NCBI GenBank assembly: GCA_030141605.1 | Contig: JAQGDQ010000125.1 | Span: forward strand, 434,001-498,000 | Source: Tubiluchus corallicola | Lineage: Eukaryota > Animalia > Priapulida | Length of the DNA: 64,000 nucleotides | Direction: 5' to 3' | Shown: piece by piece, positions 1 to 13,400 of the stretch | Numbering within the stretch: position 1 is the first letter of the stretch | Layout: every line of letters begins with the position of its first letter | Position numbers and translations under genes: made by a program | Notes under the pieces: model-generated | The model's input: only the letters and a program-made list of their open reading frames with translations | The model's database searches: none | Told to the model about the DNA's origin: nothing

Positions 1-3000
1 CCATTCTCGTACAGCAACTGAAATAATACCAGTAGCGCAATATAAAAGCTGCAAATGCAACTATACCTGTAAAAAAGCTAATTCAATGCAGCTGAAAAAA
101 AGCTGGAAATATAATTTTGTAGCTCCCAATCTTTTAATCTGTTCTTAAATATGTATTATGTTCCAAAGTGTGAAAAGAGGAAGTGAGGAAAAGATGCCTA
201 TTGTTACGTATTTCGTTTTTGAGATTAGCGGCTACGACGGCGGCATCAAACAGCGGATGATTAAAAATTTTTGAACCGCACATTGACTGTAATAATAATA
301 TTCTGAAGTTCACCAATAGTGTTGTCATACTCGCAATTTTGATAAGCCAAAATCACTTGTGCGTTTTTAATAAAAGAAGAATATCTCAAGTAAAAGTAAT
401 TATTAGTTTAAAAAAACTAAAAACATTTCATAAAAATGAAAAACAGTTGTAGCAGTAAGTTTGTATTATGTACTTGCTAATACTTCTTCAGTTTTCTTGT
501 AAGTAAAATTTTACTGTTCTTCCCGAGGAAAGAGGCTAGACTATGTAAAAAAGCAATGCCTTTTTATTGATTTTTCTCTCCCTCCCACTCTTAGAGAGAA
601 AAAGAGGGAGGGAGAAAGAGAGAGAGTGAGAGGGAGAGAAAGAAAGAGAGAGACAGAGAAAGGGGGAGGGAGAGACAGACACATGCAGAGAGATCCTTCT
701 TTTCCTTTTGTTGAAAGTTCTGCCATTTGTTTCTTGGTCGTTTTATTCCAATGCAAGGTGGCGAATTTGGCACATTAAAAATTGCACCCATTTATGTGCC
801 CTGCAATTAATCTATATAATTACATATATATTATATTGTAGGTTTGTATATAAATAATGCGCACACATGCTCGCACACAACAAGTAATTGCATACGGTGC
901 TTCATATACTAATAATCAATACAGTAGCAGAGATGAGTAGGTCTGGACTGCCAACCTAGGGCATTGTAACGTCTTGATACACACATGCACACACACTCAT
1001 ATACAGGTATGATGTATGCATTATTACATACAGAGATTCTATGAAGTTGAGCCTATTATGTTTAACAATATGAATTGATTGCCCTTAACACCTAGGCCTA
1101 TATAAAATCAATTAGTTTAAGCCCATCAATAAATAAATTATTTATCAAGACTTGTCTGTAGATTTAGCCACAGGTGCTATGACCCACCTGCAGATTCTAA
1201 ATTATGTGCCAGGTTGGCTTCTCACCTGAATTCTGTAACTTCATTTTAACCTATTAGTATATTAGTTATTTTGATATTAGTTGGTTGTTATAGTAGTAAT
1301 TTATTGATTTTTGGCCAATAGGTCCGATCAAACAACAAACACCCATATAACAAGATTTTACATACAAATGCGAACAAACTTAGTTACAGCACATTGAATA
1401 GTGACATCACGAGATTGCATCATACAAGTTAGTTTGTCATCAATATTTTAAACATAATGTGGAAGAGGTGGAAATAATGCCGGCTGCTTAGGATGACAGC
1501 TCTGATGTTTCGTTTTGTTATTTTTTGTTCACTTTCAATAAAAACGAGGAGTAATGTCATAAATGCATCTCCGTTTGTACAACGTGATTTTATAACCAAC
1601 TCCAACTCATAACAATGGCCAATGTACGATTATATGCTTTTTAAACAACTTTTAACTTGGAATTAACAAAACATCCAGATACTTAGATTAAGTTGTATTC
1701 TGGAAAAATTATTTGCTCTTCTGAAAAAATCGATTTTTTTTTCTACGAAAAGTATTACACTTGAGAGTCGGGCCTAATATCTCTTCAAGCTATATTTCCT
1801 GAAAAAAATATTTTATAGGAAAATTTTTTTAGAAAAAATATTTCTCCACAAAGAGAATTCTACATGAGATACGTATTTGCAAACTTTCTTTATATTAACT
1901 TTCTTATTAATTATTACAAACTCATTAACTTTCTTAACTTCTTTTGTAAATAAGCCTATTAATTTTCATGAGATATGAATATAATAGTTTTATTTTAACT
2001 ACTAATTATTCTTAGTGCCTTATGCTCTTATGCTTGCTTTAAATAATATTCAAAAATATAACAGCTATAAATTGCCAAAGACAGACTGATGTAGGCTTTG
2101 CAGTCTTTGCTTTGTGTACAAATATTTAACTTGTAACGAAAGTTACAAAACTGTGTTATAATTAGAATTTTGTTATAATTACCTGTCTGCATCCTCGAGA
2201 AATTTCAAAAAGATTTTATTTATGTTTTTGTAACCTTTTTGCAAGTTATGAGCACCTGTCGACCGGGGTGACACTAACTGCGCGAACTGCTACGCAGTAG
2301 AATTTCTCTATTTTCTGTGGTCCATATTCTTTGTTATGTACCTTACTCGTAGAAACACATAGAAAGATTTCTACTATTGCAAAATAGCGAAAGTAAATTG
2401 TGTGCACTACTTCGCTGAGTTCTACAAACCATGCCGTGCTTTAAAGAGCATAGAAAAACATGTAAGTAATTTCTGTACTTTAATGAGCAACAGCAATGTG
2501 AGACTGGCGTGCATGTCTCGTGAATTATGAGGACTAGGGAAATAAGTTATAGGTTAACTAAGAGAACTACTCTTCCAGAGAACCTGCCTGTTACTGCGAG
2601 GCCTCCTACTGAACAATTTCTATCCTGTTACTGACTGACTGACTGACTGAGTTCTTATAAAGTAGCAATATCATTTTACCCTTTTACACAAATGTCTGCC
2701 AAAGTTTGCAAATTTAAACTACGAATTACATTACATTTTTTGAATACTTACCTTTAACCATTCATACCCTTCTATTTGGTATGTTCGAAGTGTGCCTCCC
2801 GTCATAAGCGTTGGCTGCTTTCCAGAGGTTTGCTCTTTAACTGATGCATAGTCTTTTTCACTCGCCTCTTCTTCTTGACATTGTTGATCAGTAAGGATAC
2901 CCGTTGTTCCACTCACACCTCTGCATGAGATTTCCAATGCATCTGGATTTTCTTTATCTGATGCCCCAGAAAATGACTCATCAAATTTGTACTTTTTAGC

Positions 3001-4692
3001 TTGTTCACTGTCGTTATCGGCAAACTTCCTCTTTCTGCCTCGCTTTTGTTTTGTCACTCCAGTATTATCTGAAAAAATAAGCAATTTCAAATCTTAACAT
3101 TATGAATAAATGCAATGACGCAGAACCAAAATCTGCCTCTTAGGCAGAACGAAAAACATAAACACTAAACTCACCTCAAAGGATAATAATGACAGCACAT
3201 CATATAAAACAAATAAATGCAAAAAATGACTGCTACAACTTTCACAGTAATGATTAATAAGTTTTTACCTTGAGATTCCTGGCTACTGGTCCCAGAAGAT
3301 CTTGTTTCATTGGTTCTTGATGGTGAAAGTAATTTGTTGTTACTACGAAGTGTACTGCGGGTTTCCCTACTGGGGACTGCAGGCTTTGGCTGATCAGCTT
3401 TGTTTTTAGCTCTGTTTTCACGTTCTTTCTTTTTCTGTTCCTGTTACAAACAAAAAATGCAAAAACTACTTCCTCAACTTGTAACTCATCATTACTTACG
3501 AACTATTCAACATAGAGCTATAAGAAACATCTCTCTTGTAAAACTCCATAATAAATATATTGCTACAGTTACTTTCTATAATTGAATGCTACCTGAAGTT
3601 CTTTTGCTCCCTTCTGTTTTTCCATTTTCTTGAGAAGAAAAGAAATGTAGATATTGCTCTTTTCAAGTAAGTGTTGTAATCTCCGATACTGCTGATCTTG
3701 CACAACATTCTCCCATTCATGTTTTATCTAAACAAGCACTTCAAACTGGTTAATAATGACGCATATACATTAATTTTAATTTTAAATGGATATATCAGTG
3801 TTGGTGTATATGTATAAGACATAAACCTGCATATATAAAAATTAAAATCAAGCTCTTGAATAAATGCAACGATGCAGAACCAAAATCTGCCAATAAAATC
3901 AAGCTGGGCCATAGCTGTCAGAATGTACACTAGAATCAGTTCAGAATCTTTCAAAAAGAAAAAAAAAACATGCAGAGAATCCTCTGGCTTAAATGTTCAA
4001 AAAAAAAAAGCTCACAATCCAAGTTATTTGCAATTTGTTTAAAATAACAGCAATCTTTATTTGCGCCTGAATTCTAACATATCTTATTCATGAGTGACTA
4101 ATCTGCATAAAAACAGCCACTTGCAAAAGAGATGGTTTTTCTAATTTCTATACTATGCTACTTAACCAAGTAAGAAACTGTGGTAGTAAGGATCTCATCA
4201 GGCTAAAAAAACAATAAAGTCATACTTGCTAAAAGTTACTTAAGTATATGATTATCAATTCAAGGTTTTATTCCAGATTCGTAGTCTATGATTTAACTTA
4301 TAGAACAGCATGGTAGAACACAGTTCCACACTTTTCTCCATTAATTATTGTTGTCATGATAAACATGTACCATCCATTTAACATGACAACGTAACCACAC
4401 TGTTTAAAAGTTCTTAACAAATACAAAATGAAGCTAAACAGAATTGCTATTATAGCTTTACCTTGTCTTTCATCTTCTCTTCCTCGGTTAGTGTTACTGT
4501 ATGTAATTTTTCCTCTTCTTTCAACATTTCTTCCGTGATCAATGATGGACTTCCTATGCTGGAGCCATTCTGTGCACCTTCATCTGGAATCTCAGCCTCG
4601 GTCTTAATCTCTTCGGGTTTTGCAGGAGACGTACGCATATTGTCACTATTAACAGAGCTGGCAGTGACAATCACTCCAGTTTCAGCATCCAT
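1..4692 (-). CDS. HELLS: Lymphoid-specific helicase (HELLS/LSH/DDM1-like SNF2 ATPase), 5' part only; the gene continues off the left edge
   Basis: Exons in transcription order: 4692-4462 (MDAETGV...MKDK), 3727-3593 (QYRRLQHLLEKSNIYISFLLKKME, the HELLS N-terminal signature), 3440-3269, 3068-2752 (QPTLMTGGTLRTYQIEGYEWLK, SNF2 Q-motif) and 17-1 (LLYENG, start of the NGILADEMGLGKT exon). All junctions are GT-AG and phase-compatible. The start codon is uncertain because the exon has an acceptor at 4702-4703. Confidence 0.93.
575..680. repeat. GA/purine-rich microsatellite in a HELLS intron
   Basis: Run of GAGA/GGGA/AGAA units. It explains the spurious L/S-rich ORFs 541..756 and 591..791. Confidence 0.85.
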
Positions 4693-5131
4693 GATTTTCA
4701 ACTAAATAAACAATAAATAAGTGTTAGAGCTGTTTGGCATATTAACTTTTTAACTTCAATAAAGTTTTTCCTGCTTTGCCTTAAACAAAACAGTTTTGAT
4801 ATCTGCAATTTGAAATTAATTTATTCCTCAATGCCAAATCCTGTTGCAAATTGTTTTTAAACCAAATTTAAGCCAAATTTAATATTGTCCGTTCTACCAG
4901 CTCAGAATAAAATTCTTTTATTTTATCAGATGTATAATAAATTATTCAATGTGTATTGACATTTTTAATTATTATTATTACATAAACAAGGACAACGCTA
5001 GTGTCCTACTTGGGCAGCCCATGTACGACACATCCTACTTGAGCTAGCCCATGTACGCCAACTGTCCCATTTGGGCTAGTGGAGTACTCGGTTGCTTGCC
5101 ATCCTTCTCTTGGATTTATATTTAATGTTAT

Positions 5132-5190
5132 ATGTGTGTGTGTGTGTGTGTGTGTTTGCGTGTATGTGTGTGTGTGTGCATGCGTGTGTG
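5132..5190. repeat. (TG)n microsatellite
   Basis: tgtgtgtg... with interruptions. It gives rise to the THTHT ORF 5006..5359. Confidence 0.9.
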
Positions 5191-5461
5191 TAACAAAATC
5201 TAGTACTAGTAGTAGCAGCATTATTATTATGTAAGGGAAAATAAATATGAATGTGAACCTTATGAACGTGGCGCTGTGATCGCGAAGTGACACGTCAACT
5301 TTTTTTGAGCTCCCTAAAATTATTGCAAATTTATTTATTTGCTTCGAGAAAAAATACACTATGTTTTACAGAAATAAGTGAAACGTGTTCGGAAAGCATA
5401 ATCGATAATTAGACATTGAAATATTCGTCAAAATTTAGTGTAAATAACAGTTACTTGACGT

Positions 5462-6359
5462 CGAACAATTTTCCTGGAGGCTTTTAAGCTGGAGGCATTT
5501 AGTAAAAATGTTAACTCAAAAATAAATGCTATAGAAAAGAAAATCTTTCATAGAGGTAATCTGAGTGACAGTGAAGTAGACAACCTATTTGAAGATTTTA
5601 ATGAACGAATGCAAAAAAAGGCAAAAAAAGAGTAGTATCATAATACATGGGCTTACACCAGTCGCAGACAGTCAGTGGTATGAGCAATGGGTTCAAAATA
5701 CATTGAACATAAAAGTCAAAATCGTGGAATCAATGCCGCTAAAGGTAGTATCCGCATCTACAGGACCAGTTAGGATCCGTCTTTCACATCCTGGTCAAAA
5801 ATGGCAAGTATTAAAGGCTGCTAAAGATTTACATAAAAAGAAGGATTGAAAGAATGTCTATGTAAATCCTGATCTCACCTGGTATGAACGCGAGGAAAAT
5901 AAAAAGTTAGTCAGTGAACTAAAGTCAAGAAGGGCCAAAGGAGAAAAGGTTAAAATACATAAAAACCAAATAGTTAGCATCGATGAAGATAACATTACAT
6001 GCTCTCCTAAAGTACATTTTTCGGACCAGCATTCTGCATTCATGCAGCAACAAGATAGTAATGAAACGGCAGCTTTCACAGAAAGCAACTGTGTACCGAT
6101 TTCCATGTCAGATGCAAATGACACAAAATGTGTCGTAAGCGAACTTGAATCTCCGGAACAATTACGTGAGGATGATAGTGATGCAGGATCAAATAAAAAG
6201 ACGTCACCTAAAATCCGCTTGCTACCTGAACTAAATCAACAACTACAACAAACTACTATCAGTCCTAGGAATAAAACTTCAATTATCACAGGAATGATAG
6301 GCCAGTATTTAACACTACCATTAACTCGCCCAAAATCGGTGGTTACCAAGAAAAAGTGA
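5462..6359 (+). pseudogene. Disrupted LINE ORF1-like gene (coiled coil plus RRM/CTD-type ORF1p of L1/L2/CR1-like retroelements)
   Basis: Reconstructed frame: ...NSKINAIEKK...FEDFNERMQKK/SSIIIHGL...PVRIRLSHPGQKWQVLKAAKDLHKKKD*KNVYVNPDLTWYEREENKKLVSELKSRRAKGEKVKIHKNQIV. This matches the ORF1p pattern ER..R..NIII.GL ... I..DLT..ER. There are two lesions: a 10-bp tandem duplication GCAAAAAAAG at 5611-5630 and a TGA at 5847-5849. Confidence 0.75.
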
Positions 6360-6748
6360 CAAGTGAACATCAATCATCCAGCTGTAAATAGTGTAAATAT
6401 TTCTATTAACAGTGTGCGAACTAATACTGCAAAACTAATAGTGATATCTGAAACCCTGTGCTACGCTTCGTGATCGCAGCGTGGCCACCTATTTAAAGTA
6501 TTAATTATGTTTATTTTTTAAATTGATAAAGTAAACAAGGAAGAGTGGAGAGGTTCATAAGCTATTTATGCTTAACCTCTATCCTTCAACGGATTATTGT
6601 TGTGAGGGGAAGCGGAGTAAAATATTAAGCAAAATTAATTAAATGCTCAATTTGAAGTAGCTAATTCTAGCAATTTGGGTTAAATTAAGTAATATCAATT
6701 AAAATTTTATTATATAGTTAAAAATATTTAGAAAAGAACAAAGCTCAC

Positions 6749-6883
6749 TTTTTGGCACAGGTGTTTCGCTTCTCCTACAACGGTAATAGTAATCCTAGGC
6801 TCTAACAGTTCTTCGCAGTAATTGTCTCAAACTTTGTACAAAATTCTCAAGACTTTCATGTTGCTAACAAGAAAATTCCCGCC
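6749..6883 (-). promoter_or_regulatory. Candidate HELLS promoter and non-coding first exon with an E2F site
   Basis: TTCCCGCC (E2F-type) at 6876-6883, and a minus-strand donor-like AA|GTGAGC with the intron starting at 6748. HELLS is a known E2F target in mammals. No transcript evidence. Confidence 0.35.
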
Positions 6884-9269
6884 TTTCCGTATAAAATTGA
6901 ATGTCAGCTGCACTGTTTTCCCCTCAAGGTTTGCATTCATATGTAGTTTATTGGTGCAACTAATCAGTGCTCTCCCTAGATTTATTTGTTTCCTGCTAAG
7001 TTGTTTGCATATGGTTACCGGTTGAAAAAGTTCTCCACGTTTTTATATACCATGCAACAAAGGAAGCAACAATTATTAAAACATACTTTTAATATCTTTT
7101 AGAAATTCATACCAGTAGAATAATTGTGAGTTTGAGTTTTTACCAAATACAGACAAGCAGACTGCAGAGCCAACAAGAATCATGAAAAATGCATTAAATT
7201 ATTTATTTCGATTTTATTGTGTAGTAGATACTAGCGTTTCAGAAACATCAATTCTTATTAAAAAAGAAAGAATCTTCAAAGTAGCAAAACTTTGGTATAT
7301 GTTTTTTCTTGATAAGATGAAGGGCGACTTAAATTTTGACAGCAAAATACACGTGTGACAGCTAGACAGATATTCATTCTGGCGTTCTGTTTGCCATTAA
7401 CTACACAAGTCGAAGATAATAACTAAACTCAAAAGATGAATGCAAAATCTTTGTTGATAATAACTGTGATATTTTACATTGAACTTGAAAATTTGTAAAC
7501 AAGTGACAATGCATATCATACTTGATTGAAAATAGTTAGTAATTTTAAAAGAAGCCAGTTTAAATATCAATCTCGATCATCATAAAAAAATATCATTCGT
7601 AAAATTCTAAAGGAACCATGCAAGCATTAGATCAAATGTTGATGACAATTCATAAGATATAAAGTAACTACACAATTAACTACAATCAATGCATAGCGAC
7701 AAATCAAATGGTGCTAAATCATTGTACAGATTGGGAATCACAAAGCTAGTTTAATAAATGCCTCGATTTATCACGCTAATTACTGATAATGATCGCAATT
7801 CCAATCTTGCCATGAAAACCAGCTGTATATATGTATACGTGGAACAACACCTAGAGACACAGCTAGTCCATAAGTCTGTTCATAATATTAGTCTTAGTTA
7901 ATTATTAATTAAACTTTTTTGTTTGTTTTCATGTATTAACTTATTAAAAGTACTTTGTGTAACAGTTATAATAAGTCATTTTTCAATATTATTTTTCCTC
8001 ACATATATGAGCAAATAAACTGAATTTAATTGAATTAAAATCTCTGCAGTATTCAAATGCTTAAGAGTTGAGAAATTTTAAACACGTCTGTATAATTATA
8101 TTGCATAAAGTATATTTTATTAATTTTTTTTCTTATTTTTATAGGCTTCGTGCTTCCCGTATTTATAAGTTTGCATCGTAGTACACATCAGTTCAAGAAA
8201 CTTAAGTCCGCATCAACTTCACCAATCTCTACAAAAGAAAAAGTCAGCATTACGACAGCAGACTTTGATCATAATTCTTTGTAACACATTTATCATTATT
8301 ATATTCCTTTTGAACTGTTATTCAAATAGCTGAAACGAATAATACTCAAGTCATTTTTTCTTTTTCTTTCATTGCTGAAAAATACAACACTTAACTGTGA
8401 TTTTGTAGCAGTGTACTTCAATTTAAATAGTTAGCTAACTTATCTATGTAATACAAATGATACCAAAAAATGTGAATTACTGTTACTACTAACACTGAAA
8501 ATAACCTTTTCCGCAAAGCTTTTATGAATTAACTTTATATGTATGCACTGTTTGAAATGTATGTACTGAATTGTGTTTTGCCAATGTACATGATATGTAT
8601 CTTAGCTATAAATTGAATTGAATTGAACTGTTCAAAGTTCTAGAAAAACACTGTTTTATAAACAGAGTCCATGTTTAGCCAGATCTAGTGCACACAGCGT
8701 GCCACTAGAGCGAAAAGCCAACTGTTTTGTGTAGTTGTGTCACTTCTTGCGACGCAAATATGATTACTTGGCTATTTTCAAGCTTCACAAGCAATTCCCT
8801 TTTTTTTAATAAAATGCTAATAAATTAGGGAGTTGCATGACTGTTTTTAGTATATAATGTTTCTTTTGCACAAAAATAATCATGATAATATTACTTTTAT
8901 GTGGATTATAAATATCGTATTTGCTTATGCTATTATTAATTTGGAACGATTTACCAATGTTCATCGTACGACTCATTGTCTTTGTCAGCAAACAAAATTG
9001 AAGTGAATAGAATCGATGTAGTGACGTCATTAAGTTTACAAAATGGCTGTAGAGTAATAAGATTTTTGGAATTTGTACTTTAAATTATAGTGGATAAGTA
9101 TTAAGTGCGAATTGGCTGAGTTTTGAAATTTCGTGCAATTGGCTGTTGATAAAATTAGAATGATGTACTTGAAGAATTTATAGTAATTGCAGGTACTAAT
9201 TACCATGTACTATTAATTTTACATTACTAGTACTAAAAAGTACTAGTGATATTAATTTTTGGGCTGTGA

Positions 9270-9430
9270 CAAAAGATACGGATCCGTATCCGGAACTGCA
9301 GGAGCTAAAAATACGGATCCGTGTCTCCACTAGAAAATACTGATCTATCCGTACGGCGAACGATATTAACGAGAAAATACGGATCGCCGTACCGCGAAAG
9401 ATATTGACGAGAAATACGGATCGTCGTCAG
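9270..9430. repeat. CpG-rich minisatellite with an AATACGGATC core, probably MITE-internal
   Basis: About five copies of the ATACGGATC core, including two ~38-bp units ccgtac(g/c)gcgaa(c/a)gatatt(a/g)acgagaaa(a)tacggatcg. Confidence 0.7.
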
Positions 9431-10441
9431 AGAGGGACAATATATCGCTTTCTTGTTTATCCGCAAGCTCAAACTCCACAATAGTAAAGATCCGCGGATT
9501 GAGTGAAATTAAATATCCTCATGGATATCTATATTACTACATAATCCCTAGGTAAGACAGGCAGTGAATGCGCGGAACACTGTTATATTACGGTGGGTGA
9601 GTCATGCTTTATTACTATAGCGTAACCATAGTGTCTGCCTATTTTTGGTATGAAAAATACGTTTATCACCTGTTTGTATTTCTATAGTGATCATATTGGT
9701 CAATTGATTGAATTAAATGAGCCCGTGTATCAAAAGTGATGCGGCTAAGATGTAAATATATCCAGAGTCGATCTAGAGATATAGATTACAAGGAAAAACA
9801 ACAAGCTACGAAGATAAAAACAAGGACTTGATAAAACTGCCTTTATTAAGAAGAGAAAGGCTTGCAATAAAAGTGCCTACTGGAAACAGTAGAGAGGCTG
9901 TTGTGTAACTGCTGTATTATACTAAATCTATTTAACTCTATTTGAACTACTGTGCAGTTTTATGGAGGTTTACATGTAATACCAATTTAAATTAACTACG
10001 AATCCTTCAATGAAATTTTTTTGATGTGCCTATTAATTATTAATTATACAGGAAGAATAAGTTAACTCATTTTAAGAATCATAGAATGTTTAGGTTAGAT
10101 GACATAATTAGATTTAGCACTACTGTACCAAGTGCTGTTCTAATGACTGGACTTGTAATTTGAAATTTCCTTTCCATTTTTGATTGTAGGCAACAGTTTT
10201 TTTTTGTTATTGGCATGTTGTAGAATCCTGCATTCAACAACAGGATTTATGGATGTTGGTAGTTGTGATGAGGCAGGAATTTGGTTCTTCATTAAGGACA
10301 TGCCTCTAAGATGAGAAACTAAAAAGCAGAGGTGGCTTCGGCCATTTGGGTTTTAAATGCATCGTTCTTTGTACTAAGCAGTGTAGACCTTTTTGTTGCA
10401 TTGTTTTTTCTCAATATTTTCTCAATATCATTTTCAGCACT

Positions 10442-13400
10442 ATGGAATCATTGACTGCGACAGAATTCTTCGGTTCATGGACTGCTTATTCATGGCTTCT
10501 AGCAATTGCCTTCTTCATCATTGGAATAGTAATCCTCATTGGTTGTCTTCAGTGTTTTGAGGGACTCCCATTTCGGGTATGCTGGTACATCACAGCCATA
10601 TTTTGTTTTACATAAATTCTAATTGTATTTTGCTAATATGATGTACGCAAACAACTTGGAATAATCTGATTAAAATTATTGTGAAGTTTCTTTAGGTGGA
10701 CCGTAGGCCCTTAATTAATTCTCCATGCGGCTTTCAACATTATTATCTTAATCACATTGTCTTTATACTTTATATGTTTTCTTTCAGGCACTTGATGAGT
10801 CTGCAGCTATTGTCAATACACCAGCTAGCATGGAAGATGGTTTAGCAACTGTTGCGGTTGAACCAATTCCTGACTTAAAGAAGTTAAAACTTGCTACATT
10901 ACCACCTCCTCTTCGTCCTCGACCCGCGGCATTCAGTACTATGCTAGAGCAAGGTGTACCATCTGTGCAAGATTGGTTCGATGCCCCAAGAAAGAATTTT
11001 CCTCGCCAACAACTACAGTATGTCAGAAATATTGGCATAGGATGGTTCGGACAGGTAACTACGCTGTTTTCACTGAACTTTTGTAGCGGAAGGCATGTTT
11101 AAGAATGCATGCATGATGTTTATCAGAATTTCGTAGTTGGAATTCGTACATCCTGTGTTATTAGTGCTTTTCCACCTTTTATTCGCACTGGTTTTTAACA
11201 GTCAATTACATGTTCTTTGACCTTTTTGATTTTTTGTTTGCAACCATGTCTTCGAAGTACAAACCAAGATTATATGTAAATATATCAATTCGATGTAATT
11301 TGTTATAATACAATATATTCATGTTAGTTACCTCTCGGTGAATGCATAAAACCATAAATTCGTCTAAGCTGTTTGCAAATTAAAGTTGTTGATAACAGTT
11401 GGTAAACTGTTGATGATTTAATACTGCCAAATTAATTACATTTTGCTTATTACTAATTACATGTGTGGAAAACATTTTTTGTTTGCTAAGCAGAGCTGCT
11501 TTCTATAGTCATATGACCACATATCTCTGTAATAATGTAAGGCAGTGAAGTAGTAATTCATACTAAGGAAATCGTATTACAGGCGATTGACGGTTATGCA
11601 CAGAATATTCTAGTTGGCGAGGAAAGAACAAGAGTAATAGTGAAGTCACTAAAGGAGGACGCTGCAACTATAGAGCAGTGTTACTTTCTGATTGAAGCAA
11701 AACCATTCAGGTAACTAGGTTGTAATGCTATCCCTTTTTGCTTTGTAATTGACTGATTTTTACCTGATTATAATTGCTTATTGAATTTCTGTTACCCCAC
11801 TGAGTTGTCTTTTTATATGCTAACTTATTATCAGTTTTCTTTGATATATTATTTCTGGTGACTGTTTGTCACCTGAACACATTATTTATTAAATGAAAAA
11901 CTATTTTGCCTAACGTAGATGTAGGACATTGTCATTCAATTAAAATTGGCTGTACATCTTAAAAATAAGCTTATTACACTGGTAAATTGTAGTTTATTTT
12001 CTAATACACTTGTTTTCTCATTGGTTTTTTGCATGTAATTGCATTCCTTCATTTGTTTTTCTAGGAAGCTTGATCATTCCAATGTTCTAAAAATGTTAGG
12101 ACAGTGTTTGGAAAATTCACCGTACTTATTGATATATGAGCACTGTGCCTTTGGTGACTTGAAAACATACTTACTTACTCAGCGTACTACGGCACATTCC
12201 GTCCTCTGGAGGGGTCTTTTGTTGAAAATGTCGTGTGACGTTGCATCCGGTTTGGAATATATGCATCGGCACAGCTATATATGTAATGACATTGCTTTAA
12301 GAACCTGCCTTGTTGCAAATGATTTAGCCATTAAAATTGGAGACTATGGAATTTCACAAGACAAATATAAGGTATTGGGTTTTATTCATATTTATTGAAA
12401 AAAATTAAATACATGGCATAAATTTGGCTGAACAGTAACCATTTTCACTGTTGGTTTATGTATCTTATTTTGTGGTGGCTATCTTTTTTGTATATTTACC
12501 TTATTTATAAATATTTGTTATGATTATGTAGCTTCTGAATTTGTATTGTTATGTAATAACTAACATCTTAAATTTTATTTTTTCTAGCATTATATTGGAA
12601 AATTATTTTTGCAATTCTTTGTTTGTTTGTTTGTTTTCCTAAAGATTAGTGAACAGGAATAATGCTTTTGTTTCTTTTTACTCCAGGAAGAATACTATTA
12701 TGTAGGTGATTTTGCGATACCTGTTCGTTGGTGTGCACCCGAAAGTCTTATCTGTACTGATCAAATAGTTGAAGCAAAACCTTTAACCAAAGAAGCTAAT
12801 GTCTGGTAACTACAGATATAATCTCTGTTTATAATTAAAGACACAATTAATTTTGCAATTGAACCAGTAATTAGTTGTTATTTTGTGCTTGAATAGATCT
12901 ATTAGTTTGCATTTGCGTATCCAATATTAACACATGCGTTGACGGTTTCTTTTGTTAGGTCATTTGGAGTGTTGCTGTGGGAACTAATGGAATTTGCCGG
13001 TCACCCATATGGAATGCTTAGTGATGAAGATGTGATAAAACAGGTCATTGTGCTGAGAAACCGTATATTGCCACATCCACAACGAAATAGCACTCATTCT
13101 AATAAAGTGTATGTTTTGTTAATTTCCATAGAGTCGTTGTAAAGTTGCATTTTATAGCATGCCCACAATTATTAAATAGCTTAGTCATTGCAATTAGAAG
13201 AAGCCAAGTTTTTTAGTCACTTGCACATTTTGTGCTAATAATATCTCGTTGTTTTCTATAAATTCAATAATAGAACTATTTGAAACATTTGAGTGCTCAT
13301 AAATGGTGGGCAATAGGCTTGCATGTTTTTTATCCCATCAATGTTATTCTGCTAGCTAATTAAATTGGACCACCACAAAAATTGGTGGTGGCTGTGAGTA

